Source of the DNA: Podarcis muralis
Lineage: Eukaryota
Assembly: GCF_964188315.1 (NCBI RefSeq)
Contig: NC_135661.1
Span: forward strand, 51,026,001-51,090,000
DNA: 64,000 nucleotides
Direction: 5' to 3'
Below, piece after piece: positions 24,201-38,100 of this stretch; position 1 is the stretch's first letter, and each line of letters starts with the position of its first letter. The notes under the pieces are model-generated. The model saw only the letters and a program-made list of their open reading frames with translations. It did not search any database and had not been told where the DNA came from. The translations under genes were made by a program, and so were the position numbers.

Positions 24201-27200
24201 GTAATGCAAAATGGATTAATCCATTCCAGACTTTTAAAAACAACCCCTAAAACAGCAATTTAACATGAATTTTACTATCGTAACGATATCATTGATCCAT
24301 AAAATGAAAGCAATAATCAATGTACTGCAGTCACACAACCAATCAATCAGTAGCTGAACTGGGTTCCACACTGTCACAAAATCAAAACAAAAAAGAGCTA
24401 CAAAAATGCAAAATAAATAGCAAAAACAGACAGACCTCAGCATAACACTCAAAACGGAAGTGTGGCACTCAAAACGGAGCATGCTCAGCTTCCGAAAAAA
24501 ATTCGCAAACCAGAACACTTCCTGCTGGGTTTGCAGTGTTTGGGTTCCAAGTTGTTTGAGTACCAAGATGTTGAGAACCAAGGTACCACTGTACTTTTCT
24601 TAAAATCTCTGAGTATGCCCCAGGTAAGGACAACTTCATAACCTTCTCAGACCTAGCCTGAAACCCTAGTAACCTAATCACTGTAGCTATGAAAGGCTCA
24701 CTGTACTTAATTACAGATTCCTTCAGCTGCTCTGTGTATTTCAGGCTAAGCAAGGAAACCTCCTCTCACCAAAGCCAGAATCCCTACCGCTAATCTTTCT
24801 TTTCTCCCGTAACTTTCTCTTCTCTTGTGTTTATCTTGAAAATGAGCTTTGTGCCCGAGCCCATGGTGCTGTTTTCAAAATCCTGGTATTTAAGTGAAGT
24901 ACTCACATCTTTGCTACTGCCTTTATGGTGGGGTTCCTGCTTCTGATCGTACTTTGTTGATAATATTATTTAAGTTTTAATCTCTTTCCAAATTTGAAAT
25001 GTGACCTTTAATGGGAAGTGGCTGGCGGCTTCCTCCAAATCCCTTCCAGAAGTGCTTGATAAAACCTCTGGTGGGAAGCTGTAGCTATTTAGAGCAAAAC
25101 GAGTGTTTATAAAACAGTGTCCTCCATCTTGCAGCCAGATACTTTGTTTGGAAAGTACTGACTTAATTAAGATTTTGAAGTAATGTGACAATAATATTGC
25201 AACCTGTCCTACTTGGACTCTTTGTGATCCCTCCTCATCCCTTTACATATCCCAGGGTGGCATATTGGCTTGTTGGGCTTTTACCTCAGAAATATCTTTT
25301 CAGACTTATTTTTGCTCCAACCAACAAAGAGTTTTCTCAAAATGGTATTCTATATTTTAGTGCCAATATTACAGTAGACAGTTAAGATACCTGATAGTGC
25401 TTTAGAACTATGAGTAAATGGAAATCTGTATACCCTTGTGAGTGAATTTTGAAGTGAGACTTGCATTGTATATGGGGAAACTGAGCTCTGTAAAATAAAC
25501 AGGAAGACTCCAGTCAATGGGTCTGTGAGCCAGTTTTAAGTCACCACTCATTCATGGATCTCACTAGGTCACCTTGAGGCAGTCATTATTGTTCAGCCTA
25601 ACTTACTTCATGTAGTAGTTGTGAAGATAAAATGGATGGGTGGAAGCCTAATATGAAAAATGTAATAAATAAATGCTGGCAGCTTTTTGTTGTTTTTAAA
25701 GATTCTTTTGCTTAAGGTTTGGAAATATTTTTCATTCCTAGGGATTTATATATGCTACCACTGCTGTTTATTAACAGAAGGGTAGGGAGGGCCTGAAGAG
25801 TAGAGAGAGTCTTCCTGCATTCTTCAGGACTGAATCGTTGCATTTCAGGTTTTAGCATCTCTAGGTTGTTCTCTCACACTTTCCCCACTCCTTTTTGAAA
25901 GGGAAGATAAAAAGAAGTTAGAGAAGAGGTTGGGCACCGATGATGAAACTTACATTCCAGCCAGTCTGAGCATGTATCTAATGCAGCTGGTTTGGAACGC
26001 CTTGGATTACGAATGCTTGGGTTCCTTAATGTATAAAGAGAATGCCACACTTTAAAAAGCCTTTAAAAGTTCTGCAGTCCAAATTTTACACCAAGAAAAG
26101 CTGTGTCTTTGTATTAATTGAACCACACCCATATACTTCTGCAATCAAACTATTTTGCAATGTTGGGCACTGAATCCCTGTCCCCAAACTACTGGAATTA
26201 AGCCCTATCTCAAAGCTACTGGAAATCCTACTGATTTCCTTCTGGCTTCTGAGATTTTAGGAGCCATATCCACACATATTTCAAGCAAATCTTTCCAACC
26301 AGAAGTGCCAGAAACTTTGCATTTTTAAACATAATATTATAGGAAATAATATGTTCATTATTCTGTGCTTTTGTCCATGCTTGCTCTGTATCACAGTATG
26401 CTCAAAAACCTGCTCAAGTTCAGCTATGGAGAGACTGGAGCAGTCAGTGGTTCCTTGATCTGGTTCATGGCTCTGACATCACAAGTCATTGGTATAGCAC
26501 TAGTCTCCTTAGCTTCAGTTTGTTTTGAATTTAATATTACACTCTCTTGCGGTGAGATGTTTGGTTCTAAATCGTTTGGTCTAAAAGTTCAGCATAATGT
26601 TTTCTGCAAAATGTTTCTGTTTCCTAAGTGACAGTGATCACTCAATCATATCTTCTTGGTTTAACAAGCCCAGATGTGAATAAGCCTTGTGTCCACACAC
26701 ACCCTTCCCTCCTTCTTGGTGCCCCAAAATTAACCCCAGAATTCTTCATCTACTCTTATTACACTAGCACTAGGAAACTGGTTGTCTCAGGTTTGGAACA
26801 TTTTCAAACCATGGTTTAAAATCCTGGGTGGTTTGGAACATTGTAACTATGTTACTGGGACCTATCATTAATTGAAAATTGCCTTGCTTCTCACAGCGTG
26901 CCAAGGAAAAAAGTGGCAGCATGAGGATAGCATACCCTCCAACATTTCTCTGATGAAAATAGGGACATTCCATTCCATAATGATAATTTTACTATTTATA
27001 CCCCACACATCTTACTGGGTTGCCCCAGCCACTCTGGGCAGCTTCCAACATATATGAAAACATAATGAAACATTAAAAAAACCTTCCCTATACAGTATTG
27101 CCTTCAGACAGCTCAGGGGTTAGATAACTCCATACCCTCTAACATTTCTTCAGTGAAAACAGGAACATCCTAAGGAAAAGCAGGACATTCTGGGATCAAA

Positions 27201-30200
27201 TCAGAAACCAGGATGGCTTCTCTAAATCAGAGCACATGGGATAGAGCACATGAGCAAAAGCCTTGTACATACCTCTGCTTATTTAGCCAGGATTGACCCA
27301 AACTGGGTTAGTGAATAATCAACTACCTATCACATAATCTAGGCAATTAGAGTGAGCTGGGATGTAAACTACCTAAAGTTTTTATTCCATATAGGGAATA
27401 ACTGAAACATGTACAGAAGTTTCAAGTGGAGAATCTCTTCAGTATGCAGGCAGGCAAAATGCTGTATAAAGACAAGCTTTATTTGTATTCCAGATACTTC
27501 TGAACCCCAAACATTAGATACAATTTAAGAATATTCTTCTCCTACAGGATGGAAAAATAAATCCTGCAATAAGGAAAGACTTGAAAACGCCACAGAAATA
27601 CTACTGCTGTCCTATTGAAGGTTGTCCTAGAGGACCAGAAAGGCCTTTTTCACAATTTTCTCTTGTACGACAGGTATGTATTCTAACTACACTATTCAAT
27701 AAATAGAACAATATAATTTATATGGAACATCTTATTCAAGAGCCATGCATCTTTCTGAATTGCAAGATTTCTGTGTAAATGTATACCATTATAAGAGAAG
27801 CTTCATATGAATGTCATTTCATATTGTCAGTTGTCTGTTGTTTATGGGATCAGTGTGTTGGGAAAGAGCTCTCATGGAACTAGGGAGCCTGCAGCATCAT
27901 TGCACAGGTTTTATACATACTACTCTTTTGTTAGAAAATTAAACTTATTAAATGTGCTGAGATATGCCTTCAGTAGCTGAAAATGAAAGGAACAAATTGG
28001 AGGGTAATTTTACTGTAGAGCTCTGACTAGTTAATTCAATTACTCCTTTAACTCTCTGTAATATGCCCTCTTTTCAACAGAAGTACATAACTGTAAAATT
28101 TACAATGGGCCTGTGTAGATTATTGAGAACCTTAACTGCAAACTTCATGCAGGTTGCATGTCAGAGGTCTGGATCTTCTAAGAAATGCATTATCTGATTC
28201 TTAATAACTTTCGAAAGAGTGGAATTGTTAAAATCAGTTGTAGTATTTATTGAGTTGAGGTGCAGCCAGATAGTGCATATGGACTTTCATTCCCATGTTT
28301 TAACCATTTTCAGGAATTCAAGAAAAATCTTGAACCCCCTCTATCAACTCCAGTCAGTCATTTAAAAATGCATGAAAATGCATCAAAAATTATGGAAAAT
28401 TCAGTTGTTGACAGCATGCTTAAAAGTGCCTTGTCTTGCATAGACAAGGCTGGAACTTGAACAGCTTTGTGTCTCAAACATAGTACCACTTTCTTTTGTT
28501 TGGGAAGGACCATCGCTCAGTGACAGAGCACTGGCATCTCCAGGTAGGGCTCAGAAAAAAGCCCAGTCTGAAATCCTGAAGCCGCTGCCAGTCAGTGTAG
28601 ACAATACTGAACTAGATGAACCAGTGCTGTCCAAGGCAGTTTCCTATAACTTACCTAACTTTTGTTTTTATATTTCAGCATTTTATGAAAATGCATGCTG
28701 AAAAGAAGCATAAATGTGATAAATGCAGCAATTCCTATGGCACCATATGGGATCTGAAGCGACATAGTGAGGACTGTGGCAAGTCTTTCCAGTGTACTTG
28801 TGGATGCCCCTATGCTAGCAGGACAGCATTATTGTCTCATATTTATAGGACACAGCATGAGATCCCTGTTGAACATAGGTAAGGGCAACATTTTTCCTTT
28901 GTTAACTGTTTCATATATGTGCACATATATTTGCCTTAAAACATTGGAAGGGGGAGGAGTTCTAACACCATTCTGTGAAGATCACTGCCACTGACAGCTT
29001 CCCTTATCTTACCAACATATTTTTTTTAAGGATAACTGAAGAGGCATGGATTTTTCCAGGCTTTTATACAATCAATTATTATCCAACATGCTGCCACCAG
29101 TAAAAGTGATTCTGTTTGAACTATCTAAGAATTCAGAATGCATTTCCATTCAATGTGGGGAGGCGGGGTGACTACTGCTTTTGAAGTCCTTTATCAAAAT
29201 GCAGTATTATAGACTGTGTGGAATTGCAGTGCAAGTTTTACTTTTAGGTCAGCATTGTTGGCTGCTAAACTGCTGTAAGATTATTCTTTGGTTGAATAGC
29301 CTAGGCACAGAGTTTAACTGTAACTCTGACTTATTTACCCAGCAATGCAGTTTTATGCTTAACATTACCATAATTCAGTGTGTTACTGTTTTGATTTCTC
29401 TAAGTATGCTTTCAAGGCAAACAATTCACATTATTCTAAATTATGTTATAGAAATGGTAAAAGTGGTGGGGTGGGAAAGATTTGGAGGAAATGAAGGAGC
29501 ATGTGCTACAGCTGTACCTAGTCAAAGATTTTGTAATATTTACAGGGATCCACCAAGTAAGAAAAGGAAAATTGAAACCTCTGTATCCAATCAGTTGGTG
29601 GGAGAAAAACTTAAAGGAGCTTCTGCCAGTGTCCAGACCAGATGTACTAGCACTAAAGACTTGGAGACCTCTGAGATGAAGCCAGCAGCTTCCTTTGAAG
29701 ATTCTAGCTGTTCCTATACTACTAAGCAAACACAAACGCAGCCAAAAAATTCACCAAAGTTGCTTCTGCCAAAGCCAAAAGTGGCTTTGGTTAAACTCCC
29801 TGTAATGCAGCTTACTCAATTGCCTATCTTTGTATCAGCACCAGACTCTTCTGTCAAACCCGTTGTAGTTGCCGTTGATGACAAAGGCTCTGTTATGAGT
29901 ACTGTTCACTTAATGCCTCTGCCGGTAGGATTTATGATACCAGGACTGGAGGCTGAAACACTTGCATTTAAAAGCACCTTCCCCCTTTCAAAAACCAAAA
30001 ATGCTGGCAGTGTTGAGCCAGTCAGCACAGGTATCCAGGTCAATTTGGGTAAAGGGGCATCAGATAATACAATCCAAGATCTGGAAACCATATGCTACAA
30101 GAACGGGATTTGTTCAACAAATGTGCAGACGGACTTATCTTATATTTCGCAGAACTTTGTGACATCTGCAGCCTGGACTCCTGATTCATCGGTGTCCTCT

Positions 30201-31364
30201 TGTTCTCAAACAGACCTGACATTCAGCTCTCAGGTTTTGTTGCCAATTAATGTGCAGACACAGACACTGTTACCCAGTTCAAAGTTGACTTCTTCCATAG
30301 CTGCTCAGACAGATGCACTTGCACAGGCTTGCTTTCAGTCATGTGGAATTTCTCGGGAGACTCAGACCAATAGGTCGCAGAAAGATATTGATGGGAGAGT
30401 ACAAATGGACCAGGCTGTAATGTGCAATGACATTTTTGACAGTGTTAGTTCATCATTCAGTGATTCAACCACAGTGGGACTTCCAGGCAGCAACTTAATG
30501 GCTGCAGGCCTGGGTCAAAGTCTGCTACAAAGAGGAAGCTGCAAATCTTTGAGTCCAGACACTAAGTGTGAGCCAGTTATCAGCTTCAGTGCACAAAATA
30601 ATATTCTCCCACAGCAGGTTATGACAGATAATCAGACCCAGACAATGGAGTTACTGAACGATCTTGAAACTATTTTTTCGAATAACACAGCGGGTCAGTC
30701 ATTGGATAACCGTAGTCTTTTGACTGACACTAGCTCGCATGCTGGCACACCCTTGCCTTCTGGCCCTACGCAGAACGCAGGAATTGATTTTGACATTGAG
30801 GATTTCTTCACAGCCTCCAATATCCAGACACAGACAGAAGAGACCCAGCTGAACTCTGAGCCAGTCTTGGAGTTGCTAGATATTGAAACCCAGACAGATT
30901 TATTTTCAGATAATGCCACCCAGTCCTATAGCTGCAGGGGTAATCCCAATTTCTTAGGTTTGGAGATGTTTGACACACAGACCCAGACAGACTTAAATTT
31001 CTTTTTAGACAGCCCCTATTTGCCTTTGGGGAGCATCTTGAAACAGTCTACCTTCTCTATGAGCACAGACTCATCTGATACAGAAACACAGACAGAAGTG
31101 CATTTTCCTGCAAAAAATTCCTCTAACCAAATGGCAGAAAGCAAAGTCCAGCTGAATAGTGCTGAAACACAGACCATGGATAGCTGCTTTGAAACCCTTG
31201 GCAGTTTATTTCTTACTAGCAATGAGACTCAGACTGCTATGGATGACTTTTTGTTGGCTGACTTGGCCTGGAATACAATGGAGTCCCAGTTCAGTTCAGT
31301 CGAAACACAGACTTGTGCAGAATTGTGTTCTCTGTTTCAGGGTCCTGATAAATCAAACCATTGA
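20853..31364 (+). CDS. ATMIN: ATM interactor (ASCIZ), zinc-finger transcription factor; join(20853-21161,27548-27673,28679-28878,29546-31364), 2454 nt, 817 aa
   Basis: GT-AG junctions in frame. Four zinc fingers (CTVPGC..HLSKAH, CPIEGC..HFMKMH, CDKC..HSEDC, CTC..HIYRTQH), DPPSKKRK, KLLLPKPKVALVKLPVMQ, and a C-terminal array of 11 TQT-containing DYNLL1/LC8-type motifs. Confidence 0.98.
21872..22020 (+). mobile_element. Squam3-type SINE, diverged
   Basis: GGCCCATAGCT head, CTTTGCATGCAAAAAGCTCCAGGTT, and GTAGCTTCCTA tail. Confidence 0.6.
22165..22305. mobile_element. Diverged hAT-type palindromic MITE
   Basis: Internal TTTTGGACTACAGCT...CATCAGCCCCAGC...ATAGTCCA is shared with the MITEs at 9690 and 54687. 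A further old copy lies at about 32995-33130. Confidence 0.55.
23182..23390. mobile_element. Tigger-like MITE
   Basis: TIRs CAGTGGTACCTCGGGTTAC...GTAACCCGAGGTACCACTG flanked by TA on both sides. Confidence 0.9.
24125..24591. mobile_element. Tigger-like non-autonomous element, 467 bp
   Basis: TIRs CAGTGGTACCTTGGTTCTCAA...TTGAGAACCAAGGTACCACTG with a TA TSD. Confidence 0.9.
26931..27232. mobile_element. Composite MITE-like element containing an L2 3' fragment
   Basis: Two direct copies of CATACCCTC(C/T)AACATTTCT...GAAAA(T/C)AGG(G/A)ACAT at 26931 and 27131 bracket an L2 3' piece at about 26990-27110. Confidence 0.6.
28506..28650 (+). mobile_element. Squam3-type SINE abutting the ATMIN exon 3 acceptor
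   Basis: GGACCATCGCTCAGTG head, GCCGCTGCCAGTCAGTGTAGACAATACTGA body and AAGGCAGTTTCCTAT tail. Confidence 0.7.
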
Positions 31365-32059
31365 GTGCTGTTCTCAAACTCTCTTTTCTTTGAGGATTAA
31401 TTTATGTGTGGGTAGGAGAAACTGACATTCAAGTCACCTCCACTGAATGTAATTGACCACATATGGTTGGTTTACAAACTGTGTCCTACTATAAGGTACT
31501 TTAACTGTTTTGTGTTTACTAATATGAATCCTGTGTGCATATGTTCACTGCTGTGTGTTTGTGTATGTTTGAACACTTCATAACTGGTAGTAATCTTGTG
31601 TCTGCCCTCTGCTATGCTGAGTTACATTTTTTAAAAAAACTCTTTTAAGTTCCAAACTCATAGCTGTTAGTAATACCTGTCCTCAGATCTTGACTATTAA
31701 CGCAGCAGTCCTGTACTTGGGAAGAAGTCCACTAAACAGAGTGGAGTTCTTGAGTAATCAAACATGGAATTGTGCTGTAGGTGTTTGTTTTTTAATGGAC
31801 CAAAACCTAGTTTTCTTTAAATTCTGGCTCATTCCCCAAATCCTGAAAATGGAGCTCTTCTCTTTTTTCTTCTTGTTTTTGGAGTTCATCGTTGCAATTC
31901 AGCTCTACAGGGGTTACATCATGGTTGTGCCCAAGAATTCCTACAGATTCACGCTTCCGCATGTTGCTGTGACATAGGCTAACAATTTGGCAGGAATGTG
32001 CCCTACATACTTGCAGCAGCTTGTTGCTTGCTAGAAAACCAACCAAAGTACAGAACAAG

Positions 32060-32088
32060 TTTTCTTTCTTTCTTTCTTTCTCTCTCTC

Positions 32089-32127
<39 letters not shown>

Positions 32128-32143
32128 ATCTCTCTCTCTCTCT
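32060..32143. repeat. Compound (TTTC)n(TC)n microsatellite, probably in the ATMIN 3' UTR
   Basis: Directly visible, about 700 bp after the ATMIN stop codon. Confidence 0.9.
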
Positions 32144-35100
32144 GTGTGTCTCATCTGGCTTCTAATCCATATAAATTTAGTAAGACTTCATACTTGCGAC
32201 TGTGGGTAGGTGGACAACTGAATATTGACATCACCATGCTAAGAAAAATGTGCAGCAGTACACTTTGGATTCTGTACAGCTAAGCTATACTCAAACTAGG
32301 ATTACTGAAATTAATCTAATTTAGCCATGTCCATTAATTTTGGTTGGTCTGCTCAGTGTATGACTAATGTTGAATACAACCCAACATGTTTAGCATGGGT
32401 AAATCCTTGTTGATCATGGATTCAGTTTTCTTGAAACAATGTTAGTAGCCTGTAAGACGTTTAGTTTCTGAACAGTCTTACCAAATTCTAGCAGACAGTT
32501 TGGAATTAAGCTCAATGGTTTGCAAAAATCTATATTAAGTAAGGAAAAGAAAGGAAGGCACCAATGCAGAAATGAGAGATATATACACTTGGATATATGT
32601 TATTTAATTCAGTGTATTTTGTGTCAGCAACTCTTCAGAGCTGCTGGTTTTCATTGCCTCTGAAAAGGGATTATTGACTAAAATTTCCAATGTACCTTTT
32701 TTCTTTTTAATCTGTCCTAAGATCTTATGTCAAACAATCACTTTGGAAACATAGCTGCAAGGCAAACTATGAGAAAGCAATGAGTTCCTATCTGCTCAGG
32801 ACAAGATTACTAGGAAGCTCTTCTACCAAGTGATAAAGGAAATTGTTCATCAAAGTAGCAGATGGCATGTGTTCAACTACAGCTTTTACCTGCTGTTGGA
32901 CATAAAGTTCTGTTTGTGATTGAATTCTTTAAATTCATGTTGAGCCCTCAGCTCCTCCAAGAACAACTTATCTTTCAAAGAGCAAAAAAACTTAGGGCTA
33001 GGATGGAGGATCTGTGGCCTTCCAGATGTTCCTGGGCTACAACTGTTATCATCCCTGACAATTGTCCCTACTGGCTGAGGCTGATGGGAGTTGGGAGTTC
33101 AGCAGCATCTGGAGAGCACCATGTTCAGTGGTAGGGCCTGTTGTTGTCTTTGTATAGTGCTGCTAATGGTCTGTCAGCATAGACCCATCACTTCCACACT
33201 GATTTTGTGTCTTACCGTCTCTTACCCAGCATACTCTGTGCAAAGTCTAAAGTGTTAGCAACTGCTCAGTGTTATCTGTTGATGTTCTTCAGAAACTTCT
33301 ATTTCCATTTTTTGTTTATTGAAGAGAATATCCTACACTGGATATTTGCAATCTTCATTAATTGTATGCAGGGTTTATTTCTTCTCTCTCCAAGCATTTA
33401 TTCTGCAGAATTGAGCATCTATTTCCCAATGAGCCTTGGATAAGCATTTGGAAGAAGAACTCTCAACTGGGTCCTGTACGTACATAACACTTTGGTATGC
33501 ACCAGCTGAATGCTTCAGCCAAAGAGTGGCAAACAGCTTCAAGGTTGATGCAGGTTACACACTGTTCTTCAATCAATCTCTAGATTGATGCTGTTTAACA
33601 AGCGATGAAGCTGAAATGATGCAGTTTGGTCAGAGTCCCAGGCAGCAGTGAAGTAATGACATCACTAGGGTGCACTCTTTATGTATCATGCAAGTTGTTT
33701 TGATCTAAGGTCAATTGCCAGTCAGGAGTGGTACTGTTATTCCTCCATGGTCACATGAATTATTTATTATTATTTATTATTTGATTTATTACTTGCCCTT
33801 CCACCATAAGATCCCAGGTTGGTTCACAACAATGTAAAATACATTAAAAAGATAGCACTCCAGAGATTTAACTATACTCTTGTAGGGATGCAACTAAAAA
33901 GTCCCTTATCCCACTGAAGCTTAGTGCTCTCCTAGTGCTTCCAGTGCAAAGCTAGTGTCATCCGGCTTGCTGTGGTGTACAGCTTGGTACTTGCAGTTCA
34001 GAATGTAGTAGCCTAGGTGCACTTTTGATTAAAGTGTCCACGGGCACCTTGAAGTGGGTTTGAATTGTTGATGCGTATCTGTGGTCAGGGTGTTCAGGCA
34101 CTAATATGAGTATGTATATTAAGCTTTTCCACAAGCAAAACAGGCAGCTGTTCTGGGTCCCCCACACCTTAATCAAAGTACCACTAATGCAGTGGAGATC
34201 ATGTTGGTATATAATCGCCTTCTTAAGTTGATGTGATTGTCTTTAAGCAGCTACTTATAGATGTGTAGTGCCAGTGCCAATAGTGCAGATTGACCTTTGG
34301 GCTCTATTCTGTTACTGGTATCTTATCCTACATAGGGTGCTTATGCAATAGCTCGCCTTGAACTGCTGCTGTGACTAAATCAATCCATGGATTTCTGCTT
34401 GTGGGGGAAGAAATGTTCCACACTCCTTGGACTCATAGAAGAAGACTTAAAAGCCATCCAGGAATGGCAGATCTCCTGCATGCCCTACCTTTGGCTATCT
34501 TCTTTCTTTAGTAGGAGATTCCAAGAATATATTTGCTATAAGAGAGAAAATATTGACTCAGCCTAGTCATATTTGCAGAAAAGACCTGGTGTCTGAACAC
34601 CTTTCGCGTTCCTGGCATCCTTTTAAAGGAGATTTTGAGCCTGTCTTCAAAATGAATCTTGTAACATTTTGTTCTTTGTTTCTATTGATTGTTCTCCCCC
34701 CCCCCCCCATTTCATCAGAATGATTGAACCAGAATGTTGCTCAGTTTGCAACTGTCTGCACACAATCCTTGTATTTGATTAATATAAGTTAATTAAAGGG
34801 AGTTTGGTGCATAAGCTACATCTTCTGCCTTTGGTTTTCCAATTCCATAGTATTTTCTAGCGATCGGGGTAACCTAGCTGCTAATGAGGGAGCAGTAAAC
34901 AGATTTGAATTTTTAAAGAATTGGTTTATATACAAGTGTTTAGCATGATTGTCATGACCTAGACACAGAGGGCCCACTTGCATGACACAATAGCTACAGG
35001 AAGGTAAGTTTCTGTCAACGTGAACCAGCTGACCTGAATAGAGGTTGATACCACATATCCTCCTTCTGAGCTGGAGATTATCCCTTGTTAGATCTAAACC

Positions 35101-38100
35101 ACCCAGCCCTCCACAACCTATCAAACTCAGCATGTTGTCAAAAGCAAACTAAGAATGTCCTGCTCAGCTTCTACATATTAATCTTCTACTTCATAGAAGG
35201 TGAAAGATGGTAATATACATACTGATATCTTAGTGTTTGTGTGACTAGCCCTGATTGCTATAGTACTAAGAAACAAGAAATGCCTTTCTCTCAGTCTGAT
35301 GGACACTGATATATACAGGCATGATCTTCCTTACAATCCCAAGTATAATACAGCATGCATGGTGCATATAGTCAGCTGACATTTACATCAGCTCTAACTT
35401 GAGTCCTGTCTTCTATAGGGAAAGACTCATCCTTGAAATTCTTCACTTTTTCTTCAGTTAAGGGTTAAAATTAACTTGAACTACAACCATATTTGTTTTT
35501 CGGCAATGATAATAAGGCAAGTACTACAAGTTACTACCCATCTCAGGCAAGCAACAAGAAACTTTGGCAAGCTGTTCCTCCCAGGGTTTGGTTGCTTCCT
35601 TTCTCATGCCTGCTTCTAGAGGGCTATCTTAGTTGTCTTTTTTGAGCATCTGAAAACAGGGCCTAACACTCACTGTACTGGGTGAGTTGTTTAGTATCAT
35701 TTTAGAAAGTAAAATAACTCGTTCACAATCACTGTACAGTAGCCTTTGCCAACCTGGTGCCTTCCAGATGTTCCCATAAGCCCTAGCCAACACAGCCAGG
35801 TTGGCAAAGGCAGCGTTAGAGGTTACCTGTGGCAGTAGATGCACCCAGGATGCCTGTCATTGTAGCTGGTTCGAGATGGATGAAAGAGTAAAAGAGGATG
35901 AGCATGCAGGAAATAGACAACCACCTCTTGTTTGCAAAGCTTATATTAACTTTTAAAGGAACATTCTTGAATATCATTTTGCACCACGAAATAGCACTAG
36001 TCTGCTTAATGGATATTTCTAAACTTGAAAACAAAAAACCTGAGTTGCAGAGCTTAGTGTGATGTCTTACTCTTGCTGGATCAAAGTATGGTATTTCATT
36101 TCATTATGCTTGCTAATTTTCAAGAAAAATTCTAGGTGTGCATACATACACACACATGCTTCACATCTGGCTGCAGATTGAGATAGCGTACACAGACACT
36201 GGAAATGAAACTCTGTGAGCCTCTGCATGCTTTATGGGGATTTGGGTTTTTGGAGGTTGGGGACTTGTTTCTGACTAAATGTAGGATTGCACTGTGAATA
36301 ATGTGTCTAGGCTGTGTATGGGCTGCAGATGGGAACACGTATGCTTGATTACACCTCAACCCCCCTGCAATTTTTTTTTAAATTCCCTAATACCTAGTTT
36401 TCCATATAGAAAATAAGAGGGAATCCTTTTGTATGGAGGAGTATTCAATAATGTGAGCCCCCACCTGCAGCCTAAGCATGGGTATACCATGTCAGAAGCA
36501 ATACCGTGTCATTGAACAATACCAGTGAACTAAGGGGTTTTGTCCACTGCAAGTTGCCTGAAATGTGAAAAGGAGTCAATACACACAGTTTATCTATTAA
36601 AGGGACAAGGGTTGTATCAGAACCTTGGCATGTAGATGAAAAATCTGAATTACACCGTATTAAATTCCAGCATCGATCATGTATATCATTGAACATTTTC
36701 TGTATCCAATTCTTGCACTTTATGGAGTTTTTGCAAGGAAACAATACAGTGCTGCTGTTTCCTAGCCTCAAGAGAATGACTTCCATTTCATCACTGAGTG
36801 GATAGGGAGCCGATGGGCTGGAGGAATCCTGAATAAAAATGGAACTGTGGCCTGTTACCTTTAAGAGGAGGTTGTCATATGATTAGAGTTTTAATATCTG
36901 GCTGGATATGGGTAAGTGAAAGAAAATCTCATTCTCGTTTGCAGCTGCAATTTTCACTACACCCTCCTTTCTGTCATGTTTAGGGACAGAGTAGTCCTCT
37001 TTTTCTAGGGGTTTCCTCCCTCTCATTTGTGCTCACTTTGTTAAAGATCAAATTTATCTACCACAGTTAAATCTGTTATTCTTTATGGAGCCACAAGCCG
37101 CCTTTTTCTCCTCCGATTCATACGTATTCTCTTCAGGCAGCTAATCAAGATGAAATGCCAAAGAGCACATTAATCTTACACGTGCATGCAATGACAATTT
37201 AGACCAACATGCAAGTGCACAGTTTCCTCTGCTTTCAGACAGTAAAATGGTAGAACTGCCTCTTCTCTGTCCATTAGGTGTTTGCACACACAACTGCATG
37301 CATAGAATTGTAAATACTGTGAGCTTTAAATAAATAAACTCTCTGTCTTGAATAAAACTGTTCAGGCTAAGGGCCTACCTGTATATATAATGAAACACAT
37401 TTATGTCACAAAGATGAACAAATAAATGTCTTTCTGCCTTAACTCACCAGTTCTTTTCCCCTGCCTCTTTTGTTTTACACTAAATGGTTACTTGAACTCT
37501 TTGCCATTTCATTCCTCTATTGAAAAGAAATAGTTAGGTCTAGAAAGTGGATTATACTGTGAAATGGAAACGCAATGTCACACTTTTCACTAGCCCCTGT
37601 CAAATTGCTGTAGTGCAATAGCCTTTGACTGTGTGGATGGAGATAGCATTTCTTTTTTATTCCTTGCCTTAAAACCAAAGTAGTGATAAAGGGTATGGTT
37701 TTGTCCTGATGCAAGGGGTTTGCAAATGATGGGGAGTGACTGCAGGAGATGTAGCCATCCTGGCATTCTTTTCCCAGGGCTATGCAAGCGTGGCTATGGT
37801 TTAATATGGGGTGGCCAACAGTTCTGAATGCAGGGGCTGCATTCCGTGGGGGAAAGGTGGTCAGAGGCCGCATAACGGCAGTAGGCAAGGCTGGAGCCAA
37901 CGGATAGCCCACCCCTTTTTCTTCACAGCTTTTCCCCATTTCATCAACCATTCCTCCTCACATAAGCCAACCCCTTCCATCCTTACACACAACAGACATG
38001 CTTCCATCCTCCATCCAGTCTCAAACACACACATACACAAACCCTCTCATACCAGCTATTCTTCCTCTCTTCCATTCTGTTTTTCTGTTCATTTCTCTGT

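Noticed and set aside
28679-28878. Substitutions in ATMIN zinc fingers 3 and 4 relative to human (GTIWD, ALLSH)
   Set aside because: They fall at helix positions +1 and +5, not the canonical base-contact positions -1, 2, 3 and 6, and the human comparison is from memory.
29181-29545. First 121 residues of the 727-aa ORF
   Set aside because: Stop-free intron sequence upstream of the acceptor at 29545; ATMIN similarity starts at DPPSKKRK.
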